Source of the DNA: Ylistrum balloti
Lineage: Eukaryota
Reading direction: 5' to 3'
Assembly: GCF_031769215.1 (NCBI RefSeq)
Contig: NW_026782484.1
Location: 744,001-808,000, forward strand
Length of the DNA: 64,000 nucleotides
Shown: positions 38,501-49,000 of the stretch, in pieces
Numbering within the stretch: the stretch's first letter is position 1
How the letters are laid out: each line of letters begins with the position of its first letter
The notes under the pieces: model-generated
Database searches by the model: none
Told to the model about the DNA's origin: nothing
The model's input: the letters and a program-made list of their open reading frames with translations, nothing else
Program-made: the position numbers and the translations under genes

Positions 38501-41037
38501 TCACAATTTTGGTAAGGCACATCAAGATGCTTTTTGAGAAGAAAAAAAAAATAAAAGTTTACAGATTCACAACACACAACCCTGGACATAGGTGATAGCA
38601 CTAGGTCACTCGAGACTTTGTCTCAGGTGACCTAATAATTTTTTCAAAGTGACACCATTGCTGTGAATCCCATTTCTTATACACCTGTAATTTAGTTTGT
38701 GAAAAATAACAAAGCAGAACCTTCAAGATAATACTTGTGACACATGCTGTATTTATATTTCTTTTTTTTTTATTAAAGTACCTCTGTACATAAAAGTAAT
38801 AATATCATTTCTGACAGCTTACCTGTGTTTTCTTGTTGTACAAAACATGTCGAAATGCTTGCTGCTTCAATAGTAAAGCATCCAAACAAACGATAACTGG
38901 CTCTGACTCAATGTATTTATCTACAACCTTTTGACAGTTTTTCTGAAACACAATTTATAGATTGCACATTTTGAAATACAAATGCATATTCAATTATTTA
39001 TAAATGTACTGACAGCAAAATGATCCAAGTTTGTCATATATGTCTCCTCTGATAATAATTCATATATGTGTAACAAGAAGGAGCAATGAAAAACACTCTC
39101 CCCTTAAGTTTCTACAAAGGTACAGACAGCCTGTGGAGTTCCTGCTTGTTATAAAAGTATGTTTTCTGACACATTGACAATTTCCAATTTCTTGATCATC
39201 TATTGACAGAAGAAAGTTGCCTCTTTTCAAAATCAGTTCTATTTTCAATAGCCATGTTCTCTTTCATATTATGGAATAAGGGAACATTTAATGCAAAACA
39301 AAGTAGGCACCTGCTGTGTGCCAAGGAGATACATGTTAATAGTCTGAAAGGTTTTGATTATCTATCCATTACTTTACTTTTGTCTTGCTATTGGTTGTGA
39401 GAGTTAACTTTTTGTTAGGTTTACAAGTGTAACTGTAACAGAGGTCATTATTTATTTCAATGCCTCCGCTAGGAATCGAACCCGGGACCCCTGGCTTACT
39501 AGCCTGACGCTCAACCAATCGAGCTAAAGAGAAGTTCTCTCTAGTCGAGTGGTATATTGCGGCTAGTATTTTAACAGGGTTACATAATCCCCCTCCAGGA
39601 AATAACTCGTTCTGGAGTTTCCAGGGGTTACAGCGATGCTGGTGGGGCATGGCTAAGTACTATTCACGGGTCCCTACATGGGCGCCAATGTAACAGAGGT
39701 CATTATTTATTTCAATGCCTCCGTTAGGAATCGAACCTGGGACCCCTGGCGTACTAGTCTGACGCTCAACCAATCGAGCTTAAGAGAAGTTCTCTCTAGC
39801 CGAGTGGTATATTGCGGCTAGTATTTTAACAAGGTTACATAACCCTTGTAAAATACTAGCCACAAAATACTGCTCGGCTAGAGAAAACTTCTCTTTAGCT
39901 TGATTGGTTGAGCATCAAACTAGTAAGCCAGGGGTCCTGGGTTCCATTCCTAGCGGGGGCATTGAAATAAATAATGACCTCTGTTACATAAGAACAAGAT
40001 TAGCAGGAATCTGTTGTGGCAGCCATTGCAAAAAATTTGGAGAGTTGTTTGGGAAAATGAGTGAAAATACAACATTTCATTACATTGACAAATACTTATG
40101 TTAGTAGATAATTGTTTTATCTTTCTATCCATGTATGATTTATAACTATCATGCTGATGTAAATTAAAAGAAATATTGCCTGATTTCTGGTTATGATAGA
40201 GGAAGCAAAACAAGATGTTGTTTTTATTTCAGGAGGAATCTGACTACCGACCGTACAAAGATAAAAATAAAATCACAGATAAATTGTGAGAACACTTCAG
40301 ACTTGAACATTCGAGCAACAAATCAACCATAGTACTCAAACATTTTATATTTGAGAGACAAGATTTTAGTTCACAGATATAACATGTATTTTTCCTCGTA
40401 AAAAAAATAAACAGGTAATCCACTTGTATTGAACTGTTGAAACACTTTACGACTCACGCAACTAAGTAAGCCATTGAACGACTAGGGATTCTGTTTCAAT
40501 CTGTTAGTCCCTACCAAAATTTAGATTTGGTAAAAGAAATCGTCCTCTGTGGGGACGGAATTCATAATTTATAATGAATGAAGGAAATCTGCATAATCAG
40601 ACTTCATAAAAAATTGATTTGGGACGGATTCAGACAGGTGTAAAATGTCGGGGGTTTCACTTGTAAACTTCCGGTTAATGAGTTCTGAAGGCGATGACAG
40701 TACGAGATGCCATTAAACCTACTAAATTATGTCCTTTGCAGTCTTCGACAAGTATGCTTCTATGAATCTAAACAGTTGTTACTTGTGTCGAAGTTCAAAT
40801 ATTAATGTTTTAGCTTTAATTCTAAGTAATAACATATAGTGACTTATTTATTTGCATGGGTCCTTTACATCGACATTGCACAGTTGCACGTTGCGTTTTA
40901 AGTTTCTATTTCCTTACACAGTGCTCAATTTTGATGATTCCAGATTTAAAATCACGATAGAGTTGGTCAGCAACACTTCCACAGCCAATACATTTGTAAT
41001 CCCGTGTATGTAATGCCAATTCGGTTTGAGTGGTCAT
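35474..41037 (-). CDS. ARV1: ARV1, ER membrane lipid-homeostasis / GPI-biosynthesis factor, complete 242-aa CDS in 6 exons
   Basis: Minus-strand exons 41037-40918, 38942-38823, 37953-37794, 36807-36744, 36631-36483, 35589-35474 (729 nt, phases consistent). Arv1 homology domain CIGC-x20-CKNC QKVVDKYIESEPVIVCLDALLLKQQAFRHVLYN, then WKLVAILLLCDAF, and LLSNFGKILVIPAVLW..ANIQAIRV, all matching known ARV1 motifs. Confidence 0.93.
35890..36445. repeat. Near-perfect minisatellite, 51-bp unit, about 10 copies, in ARV1 intron 5
   Basis: gaccaatatacctctgatgaccagctgtatcatagtgtggattgtacactt; open in four frames because the unit length is a multiple of 3. Confidence 0.97.
36483..36631 (-). CDS. ARV1: ARV1 exon 5
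   Basis: ggcag|SEELMRGVLLSNFGKILVIPAVLWGKNYSHIYVRLSHLFVCAANIQAIR|gtatat. Confidence 0.92.
36744..36807 (-). CDS. ARV1: ARV1 exon 4
   Basis: tacag|ELVIVVSIIIVCIRMVSTEEFR|gtaag; phase 1 in, phase 2 out fits both neighbours. Confidence 0.85.
37794..37953 (-). CDS. ARV1: ARV1 exon 3
   Basis: tttag|GHWKLVAILLLCDAFTKLLLEHR..ALEWGLYQNFSLALI|gtact. Confidence 0.92.
38190..38636 (-). mobile_element. Non-autonomous Helentron/HINE-like (pearl/CvA-like) interspersed repeat in ARV1 intron 2
   Basis: Terminal hairpin AGGTCAC-tc-GAGAC-ttt-GTCTC-ag-GTGACCT (38603-38633); its reverse complement closely resembles the end at 62226-62260. The family assignment is from recalled architecture; boundaries are approximate. 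Confidence 0.5.
38823..38942 (-). CDS. ARV1: ARV1 exon 2
   Basis: ttcag|KNCQKVVDKYIESEPVIVCLDALLLKQQAFRHVLYNKKTQ|gtaag. Confidence 0.94.
39428..39988 (+). mobile_element. Older solo LTR of the same family, opposite orientation, split by the TRIM insertion (39428-39433 + 39844-39988)
   Basis: Removing the TRIM and one TAAC restores a 151-bp TGTAAC..GTTACA unit similar to the TRIM LTRs. Flanks CAAG/TAAG are a possible 4-bp TSD with one mismatch. Confidence 0.85.
39434..39839 (-). mobile_element. TRIM-type non-autonomous miniature LTR retrotransposon (406 bp) with tRNA-derived LTRs
   Basis: Two 151-bp direct repeats (39434-39584, 39689-39839; 7 substitutions by eye), each TGTAAC..GTTACA. 104-bp internal region with PBS TGGCGCCCATGTAGGGAC (39687-39670) and PPT GGAGGGGGA (39596-39588). 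TSD TAAC at 39430-39433 and 39840-39843. Confidence 0.9.
40918..41037 (-). CDS. ARV1: ARV1 exon 1
   Basis: ATG at 41037; MTTQTELALHTRDYKCIGCGSVADQLYRDFKSGIIKIEHC|gtaagg. Confidence 0.92.
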
Positions 41038-41134
41038 ATTCACAACTACAGCTGTTTATACTTTCACTTTCCAAACCGGAAGTTTCTAGTTGAGACCAAC
41101 AGCTGGAACCAGTTCATTCACTTCCGGTTTGACC
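41038..41134. promoter_or_regulatory. Bidirectional ARV1/POP7 promoter with an inverted pair of ETS (GABP-type) motifs
   Basis: 97 bp between divergent ATGs; AAACCGGAAGT (41073-41083) and ACTTCCGGTTT (41120-41130) form a perfect 11-bp inverted repeat. Confidence 0.75.
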
Positions 41135-41172
41135 ATGCAGACTGTCGGCGACAGAGGGAAAACTCATCCGAG
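41135..41172 (+). CDS. POP7: POP7 exon 1
   Basis: accATG after an ETS motif; donor AG|gtatat in the phase required by exon 2. Confidence 0.8.
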
Positions 41173-43908
41173 GTATATTTAAAACTGCTGATGTTGACGT
41201 AACATTTTGGCTCAAAACTTGTTGAAATGATTTGCATACTTATACACCCATGTGTCTGAGTCAAGAGGATTTTGATCCGTTGTAATGAGACGATATGTTG
41301 GCCTAATTGACAATTAATAACTAATGTAACCGTTCCTTGAAATTATAAAAAAATATATATAACATTTACCAAATGTTTGTTTTCACCTTAATTTTATATT
41401 TGTGTCTGAGGTTATATCATATTTGCATCCTTATCAAAAAAGTATGTGGATACTCTTTCTGGCTCTCCTAACATTTTTTTAATTCAAATTGTACATGGGT
41501 AATTTTAGTCACAAAAATAACACCAAGATACCTGTACAGGTGTCATTGTGACTGTAATGTCAATAGTAAGTTAATGACATCATGTCAAGTAGTATTATAA
41601 CAAAAGAGCAGGGATCACACTGGACTGATGGCTTCTGACTAACTATCCGCAATTTTACTTTTGTCTTTGTCTCCGTTGAAAGTCAGAATTCCACCCTATA
41701 TAGATATGCCAGTGACCCCACCAATGTCTTATATAGTGTACATCAGTGCAATAGTTATAAATCTTACATTGATGGAAAGATAAAACATATTTCTACTAAC
41801 TTGCGTATGTGTAACAGGAATTAGATATTTTAGAGTTGTATCTCTTTATTTGAATTCAGATTCAAGTTTTGTAGACATTTTACCTCTGGTGTTGTGGTTA
41901 TATAATTCATTACATAGATGGCAAACTCAACCCCAGGTTGATTTATGTAATATAACAATATTTCAAAGTTGGGTATCATAGTGAAAATCAAACCAATACA
42001 TTATACAGGTAGATTTTTATATAATTACCTGATTTCCGTCTACCATAGTATACATAAAGGCATAAACCAATTGCCACATGAAAAATTGTTTTCTACTCAT
42101 TTTTAATTACATGTACTTCTTTATCTAAAAGTACATTATGTATGGATATTTTAACAAGATATGTACACATGTATATCATGTATATTAGTCTTAATGCCAA
42201 TTATTGATGTTTGGCAGTTCTAAATATATTACTCTAAGATAATTCATTTGTGACAAAAGTACGGAAATAAGATGTGATATATTTGTTTCCAAGTTTGCCT
42301 GAATTATGATAAAATCATACTTGGAAAATCTTTAGATTCGTATACTATTATATGGGTTTATACACGTCTTGTTTGACCATTATATGGTAGAGACAAATTA
42401 AGGAATTAACTTATACTATAAATACTTCTGCACGCAATGAAATGATTATGCTGTATGCCTTATCAACTTCTAGGGTTTAAAGATCAATCCAGTTTAAATT
42501 TGATGTTTAATTTAACTGTATGAACACAAAGTTAATTTGAACATCAAATTTTAAGTAGTTTGGACACATATATGATGGCCATCAGTTATATCAGGTATAA
42601 AGGGATACATATACAACTACCATATAACATCTTGTGTTTTTCATATTCTTACTCAGGACAATGACATATCCCTTTAACTTATTCCCAACTCCCCTGCATC
42701 TCCAATCAAGCATAACTATTAAAGGAATATATATCATGGCAAACATATGATGAAAATGTATCTCATTTTTGTACAGATAAATATTTACCTACAGATAATA
42801 AGCTGCCATGACCTGAAAAAGACAAACACTTAGAATTAGCTATAGCCCCCCCTTGTCACAACCTATCATCTGCTGAAAGACCAGGGAGTATCTGGGTACT
42901 TTAATGTTATAGGAGATAAAATATGATGTGACATCAGTATGACCAAATGTTTCAATAGAAAGTGATTTTAGGTCTGTTTTAGTCACAAACATCATGGGCT
43001 GTCATCCAGTTCATTCATTTGTTCATTGATTTTTCATTAGTGTAACTTTATTTGTAAACCAAATGATATTTAATATGGCTACCATGACAACCATGTAGAA
43101 AAGCTTGTTCTTCATTTCAAGACTGGATAATACTACTGAGACTGGACATTTACTAATGAGTTGGATCTGAGTTATTGTACTAAAATTTGGACCAGTAAAG
43201 CATTTTAAAATGGCTTCCAAAGCTGACATCATGAAAATATTGTTTTTGTAAAAAGGCCATGGGTAGGAGCTTTGGACCATGCACCTCAGATCTTCATCTG
43301 AGATTAAGGTCATTGCTTTGACTGACTGAGCAGGTCTCTTTGGCTTGTATGTATTGTTAAATTCAGTCTTTGATTTTACTAAGCTGATGAAGTGTACATT
43401 TCTATAGCTATTGGATTGTCATGCTGAAATTTAGTACAGGAACAATTCACTGTTTACCTGGTGTGACTATTTGGGTTTCTTTTGTAGGTCAAAGTCAGCA
43501 GAACTTAAGGGCCTCATTGATCAAGAAGAGTTTACCCTTCGTAAACGTCTGCCGCATAAATTACCAAAACGCAAAAATGATGTTTACGTGAGTCGGAAAA
43601 CCAACTATAAAAGTCAGCTTGAAAGATGCAAAAAGATACTGGACTTGGAAAATGAAGTTTATATTCATGGATTAGGTGCTGCGATTACTAGAGCTGCAAA
43701 TCTGGCATTGACAGTTCAGGCAGCAGGACGAGGTAGTATAGCCATTGCTACTCATACATCCACTGTGGAACTGGTGGATGATCTAGAGCCTGACAAGGAT
43801 GACAACGAACCAGACACGTTTTCACGGAACAATTCTGCAATTCATATAAAAGTGTACAAAGTCGAAAGTGCTGGTTTAGAGACCCCAGGTGAAGATCCCC
43901 CACACTGA
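41135..43908 (+). CDS. POP7: RNase P/MRP subunit p20 (POP7/RPP20, Alba fold), 152 aa, 2 coding exons
   Basis: Exon 1 41135-41172 (MQTVGDRGKTHP AG|gtatat) joins exon 2 43488-43908 (tgtag|G) in phase 2. Motifs LRKRLP..KNDVYVSRKTNYKSQLERC..IHGLGAAITRAANLAL..STVELVDDLEP..RNNSAIHIKV are typical of Rpp20. Confidence 0.94.
43488..43908 (+). CDS. POP7: POP7 exon 2 (Alba domain)
   Basis: Bulk of ORF 43471..43908 downstream of the ttttgtag acceptor. Confidence 0.95.
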
Positions 43909-45599
43909 CACACAAAGTGTGTGTGATAATACATCACAGGATTTTAGATATGAACCGACATACTATTTGTTAGTGTAGCAAGCTCAGCTATGATGGGCAA
44001 ATTATGATTTTCATGGTCAATACCTAACAATACAGAATACTGATATACTGCAGTAGGTAGTAATTGAAAAAAGTTATCCCACACATTTATGAAATTTAGT
44101 GACTTTGAACCAATGATTTAATATACTGATGAACTGGAATACAAAACGATTGTGTCTTGATGGTCTAACTATGTATGTTAGATCTACTGATCTGTACTCA
44201 TATAGGTACAGAGATTGTCAAGATGTTGCTTGTCCAGCTATATGTGGAAAAATTCATTTTTGTGTTCATCTCTTCAAAGATGTTAACTGCTTTCTAATGT
44301 TGCGTAAATTTCTAGGACCCTTGTAAAGGTCAGAGTTAAATGAAGGTCATCAGAAGGTTATTTTAAAGAGTTTTGTAATCTAGTCAAATTACCTATTCAA
44401 ATTAATAATTTGTTGCAGTATAGAAATTGTATGAAACTTAATACAATCATGGACTTATACTTAGTTATATCTAAGTCTATGACATTATTTTGGAGTGAAA
44501 TGATGGAAGCCGGATTGTGTAATGTCAGGTTGTTTTGTCATGTGCTCAATATTGATCACAATCAACAGTTGACCATTTGTTATCTGCCAGATAAAAACGT
44601 ATTAAAGATTTATACTCAAAAAACCATATTTAATTTTCGGTTATTTATATATATATTGTAATTTGATATTTTCACTATTTTAAACATCACCTGTAATTTC
44701 CAAATTAGATATAGTTATACATTACCTGAATTTGACAAATAAGGTAGGAACGCACAGGAATATATAATATCGAGGGATTAAAAACTAGCCTCAGTGTTGA
44801 CTTCTCTAGCATTAGCTGTTGTGTTTGTTCATTGATCTGTAAAGTCCCATCTTCTAACTGTTTTTATCTAATCTTATCTACCTGTGCTCTAATCACTTCC
44901 ATGCTGTTGTTAGTGTGGAATTACAAGTGATGGGCCTGACCAGAACCATTTTGTCAGCCAGTCAATCAGAAAGTTACTTAGCTTTTTAATACCATCTATT
45001 AATAGATGATTTTCTTCATATTTTGGACTGAAAATAGTATTCAATGTAAGGCAGTATTTCAGCTGTAAATAGCACAAGCATTTGTTTCATAAAAAGCAAA
45101 AGTTAAGCGAAATTATTTGTCATAATCAATATGAAAATTATAAAGATTTCTACCACTCTTTATTTTGAAATATTCATGCTTTATAAGAAAAATAGTTTAC
45201 AAGTAAGGCTAGTTAACTTGCATTCTTCCATAAAGTTTTGCAAAGAGATATCAGCAGTTTCGAATTCCTATACCTCTGTATTATATATTCCTAGCACACA
45301 TCACCTGGATTTACCCAATCAAATAGGAATATGCCATCGCAAGTTACCAAATAAGATAAAGTTATACATCACCTGGAATTACCAGGCCATAACTGAATTT
45401 TGATAAGGCTCTAAATCTTATGAAAAATTTTCTTGAGGTTTGTAAGTAAACTGTAAATAATGTTTAAATGTATGTGCTATGAAAATGTCTTTTCAGTAAG
45501 ATACCAAATCTATTTTGCACCTTTTAATGTTAGAGGTATTGTAAGAAAATAATTAAATAAGTATTATGATTTGATAGCAAGTTACCTTTATAGAATCAC

Positions 45600-46450
45600 T
45601 TTCAGTGACATTGATGGATCTGTGGGAACAGCATATATACCCAAAGGAAATAAATCTATTTGGGAGGATATTTTGACTATGCCCAGAGGAAAGAGATCTT
45701 TGTGGGAGGAAATTAACTATATATACAAAGGAATCAAATTAATTTTAATGTGGGAGGAAATTGACTACAGATCTATGTCAGAGAAATTGATCATTATACC
45801 CAGATCTATGTCACAGGAAATCGACTATAGCTCTATATCCGAGGAAGCTGGCAACCATACTCAGAGGAAATAGATCTATGTGGCAGGATATAGACTATAC
45901 CCAGAGGAAATCGATCTATGTGAGAGAAAATTGACAGTTATACCAAGACAAAATGGATCTTTATGAAAAGAAATTGACTATACACAGAGAAATTAAATGG
46001 ATCTATGTGAGCAAGCACTTATCCAGGATTTTGGGTTGTTTTAAATAGAAAAATCTCACACTCAAACATCCCCCACACCCCTACTTTTTTTATGGTTTCC
46101 AACTCTGATTCTACCTGGATTTTGTTTGTTTGTATTTCTATTTGCAAAGAAGTCCCATGTATGATGGCAAAAAAAAATCTCTTATTACTTGAAAGAATGA
46201 GAACTAATGAGCATCTTAGGTAATTAAAGTAGAGAAATTTGTCAATGAAATAAGAAAGTAACAAGAACAAATAGTCAGAGTCTGATCTGTGTGGGAGGGA
46301 ATTATGACTAAACTCAGAGAAAACAAGTCGATGTGGGAGGTATCGGAGAGTAATTATAGAGGAAACAGATTCAATCAGGGAAGAAATTGACTTACTAGTG
46401 AAAAGAGATATATACTAGTGAAAAATTTCTGTACCTGGAAGAAATAGATG
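45600..46450. repeat. Degenerate tandem repeat between POP7 and MTIF2
   Basis: gatctatgtgggaggaaattgactatacccagaggaaa-like units. Confidence 0.7.
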
Positions 46451-46639
46451 TATACTTGTTTGAAGGGAAAAGATAGAACCATTTAAAAAAACATGGTCTT
46501 AGAATAGATTTATCCAAGTTAAGTCAATGAAAAAATAAATAAAGACCAAACAATGGTATCTCTGGGATCTCTTTTTTTTTTAATAATACAACTATATGTA
46601 ACTAAGTTAAACTTAAATTACTGGCAGGATTTAATTTGT

Positions 46640-46713
46640 TATATATTTCCGGATTTCATGTTTCATAATTGCTTTTCCGGTTTCGCACTCGCTTTACAAT
46701 TAGAATATTCAAC
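46640..46713 (+). promoter_or_regulatory. Probable MTIF2 promoter
   Basis: Two TTCCGG ETS-like cores and several CpGs directly upstream of aacATGGCG, in an otherwise CpG-poor region. Confidence 0.5.
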
Positions 46714-46748
46714 ATGGCGACATCCATGAGACGACCAACGCTGACAAG
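46714..46748 (+). other. MTIF2: Probable MTIF2 first exon carrying an ATG (MATSMRRPTLTR); coding versus uORF unresolved
   Basis: aacATGGCG downstream of TTCCGG motifs in a CpG-containing patch; donor AG|gttgta. Direct splicing to the 49818 acceptor gives an immediate TAA. Confidence 0.5.
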
Positions 46749-48159
46749 GTTGTATATGATTATGTTGACGATATTGATATTGACGACATAGAATCGTCTG
46801 TTTGATTCCTATCTTTTGTTACAAAGGCAATATGATCTCATTATCAAACAGACAATACATGCTACTGTTAAAGGCCTTGGCTGGCAATTTGTTACATAAG
46901 CCCGGTTATATCAGTATGTTTTGCTGTAGATGTTCAGCTGTTGTAAATCGGACTCCATTAACGTCGATGAATTTCAACCAAATAATTGCATAAATGTCTT
47001 AGAATGTGTACATACCACAGGAATTTGCCATTCTGTATGTAAACATATCTTAAACACTACTAAAATAGCAAGTTTTTTTTCCGTATCTGTATTTATCCTT
47101 GGGGCATTAGTTTATGACCCCTAAGAACCATTTCATGCTAGTTAGGTTTTGTCAACGAATTACCACCAAACAAATACATAAATTAATTCAAATATGTCCA
47201 TATTATAAAATATATTTCTTTGAAAAGTGATTAGTGAGACAACAGTATTTTTCTGAAAAATATCCACAGATCCGACCACAAATTCGCTCACCTGATGTGA
47301 TCGACATCTATGTCGGACATATGACTGCACTTCCGTTTTTGATGACATCACTAATTCTCAGAGACGTTTGAGATAGCTTACATTGACCCAAAAGTACACT
47401 TGTATTACATAAAATCTTCATTTGAATGGCAATGACATACTGATGACAGAAAAAATCAATGGTGCAAAAAAATGGTGTATATCTGTGCATGTGTTGATGT
47501 GTGCACCTTTTCTGAAGGGTGAATAGATTGTTCCGAAGTACATAATAGTCCGGTGCCGATGTCCAGATGATATACGTTATGGATTTCAAGCTGTTCATTT
47601 AGTATTGTTGGTATGTTTCACACATGTATATACAACATTTAATTTTTGTGGTTCAGTCTTATAAGATTTATTCAATAAACTGTTAAGTGAAGTGTCTGTA
47701 TTTATCATGAAAAATCCACATATGACCTCAATTGCTTGCTCACTTGAAATGACAGACGTGCATGCATCACAAGGTAGGTGGAACCTGTGCCACGAGGGAA
47801 TCACTTGTTGGTTGGAAGGGAGGGGGATATTGCTTTACAGAGGATGCATGTTGCACAGTTTGTTGGGAAGATTTAATACTTTTGTTGAGTTTGCCTTGTA
47901 ATAGTAGAAAAACACTGAATGTGGCTTTTATAGGTATGAATTCCCGCAAAGATTTCCAGCTATAGACCAATATCTTTTTACTCAAATCCAGAAACATTTT
48001 GACCCTCTGTGTAGATCAAAGTGTTGATGCTTTAAAACCTATATTTGCAAAATTAGGCAAATTGACTTTCATATCTACTTTTACTTCTAATTACCAGGAC
48101 GGCAATGACAATCAGCAATTATTGTTTCTCTCAGATTAGTCATAGTTTTTAAGTTAAAC

Positions 48160-49000
48160 TTTTAGGTAATTTGACTCAAGTTAAGTTAACCTATTGCTAT
48201 TGTGCCTTGTCCGTCTGCCTGCACCATCTACTTCTGTCAGTAGACTTTTCTTTTAAACACTACTCCTGCTTGATACCTGGACTGATTTCAACCAAATTTT
48301 GACTAAAACATCATTGGGAGTTGGCAGCCATTTCTAAATTCAGAAAGTTGATTCAACCCCTAAAAAGCAAACTATTGGCTGTGGATTATCTGTAAACAAA
48401 CAGTTCTTATGGCTAATAAAATATGTGCAAGGGCAAACATATAAGCATCATGATGTGAAAAAAAGGTAAATGGTCCCATAATGCAGGTATCAGTTTATAA
48501 CCTCTTACAGGAAAACACTGCGCACTGGGTGAAATTAGTGGGATTTTTTTCTTCCATCTATTGGTCTACACTTCACAGAAATAAGTCGTCAAAAGGGATT
48601 GTTTTAAAACCAATGTTTTTCAATGATAAATGTGTATGATTGGACTTCTGTAGCCTGGAAGGTTTGTTATTGTAGAAAAATAAATTACCTTGACCCATAT
48701 TTAAGGTCCCAGGGGTCAAACTTGTTTAAGTGCTCAAATAATTTTTCTCTATAACAAAAGATCATAGAATCGTGATATTTCACTGGAAGGTTCCTGGGAT
48801 GAAGCCTTACAAAATCTGAAAAAGAGAAATGATTTTGACCCATGTTTTGCTGAAACTTTCGATAAACATTTCCCAATTAACCAAGACTTTGAATGCAAAT
48901 GACGTGAAATATAATGCTTTTGAGAAAAGCTTTGAATACCAGGTGAATGATGCCGACCCATTGGACCTCTTGTTTCAGTAATTTATAAGTAAAAAAGTAA
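48160..49000 (+). mobile_element. HINE/pearl-like degenerate repeat(s) in the MTIF2 5' intron
   Basis: TTTAGGTAA..TTAACCTATTGCTATTG end, gtccgtctgcc seed, caaccaaattttg core shared with 58955-59200. Confidence 0.4.

Noticed and set aside
39460-39535. tRNA-Thr(AGT)-like sequence as a functional tRNA gene (three copies)
   Set aside because: The anticodon and acceptor stems do not pair properly and the copies sit inside LTRs with TG..CA ends. Treated as a tRNA-derived promoter, not a tRNA.
39990-40100. ICQCNEMLY..IFCNGCH in ORF 39950..40213 as the ARV1 zinc-motif exon
   Set aside because: No suitable splice sites, and the real exon 1 (CIGC..IEHC|gt) was found at 41037-40918.
44125-44192. TGATGA..CTGA as a C/D-box snoRNA
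   Set aside because: No terminal stem or recognisable guide, it lies downstream of the POP7 stop rather than in an intron, and such motifs are frequent in AT-rich DNA.
47240-47600. CpG-richer segment as a defined MITE
   Set aside because: I could not identify convincing terminal inverted repeats or a TSD; probably a repeat fragment but not supportable.
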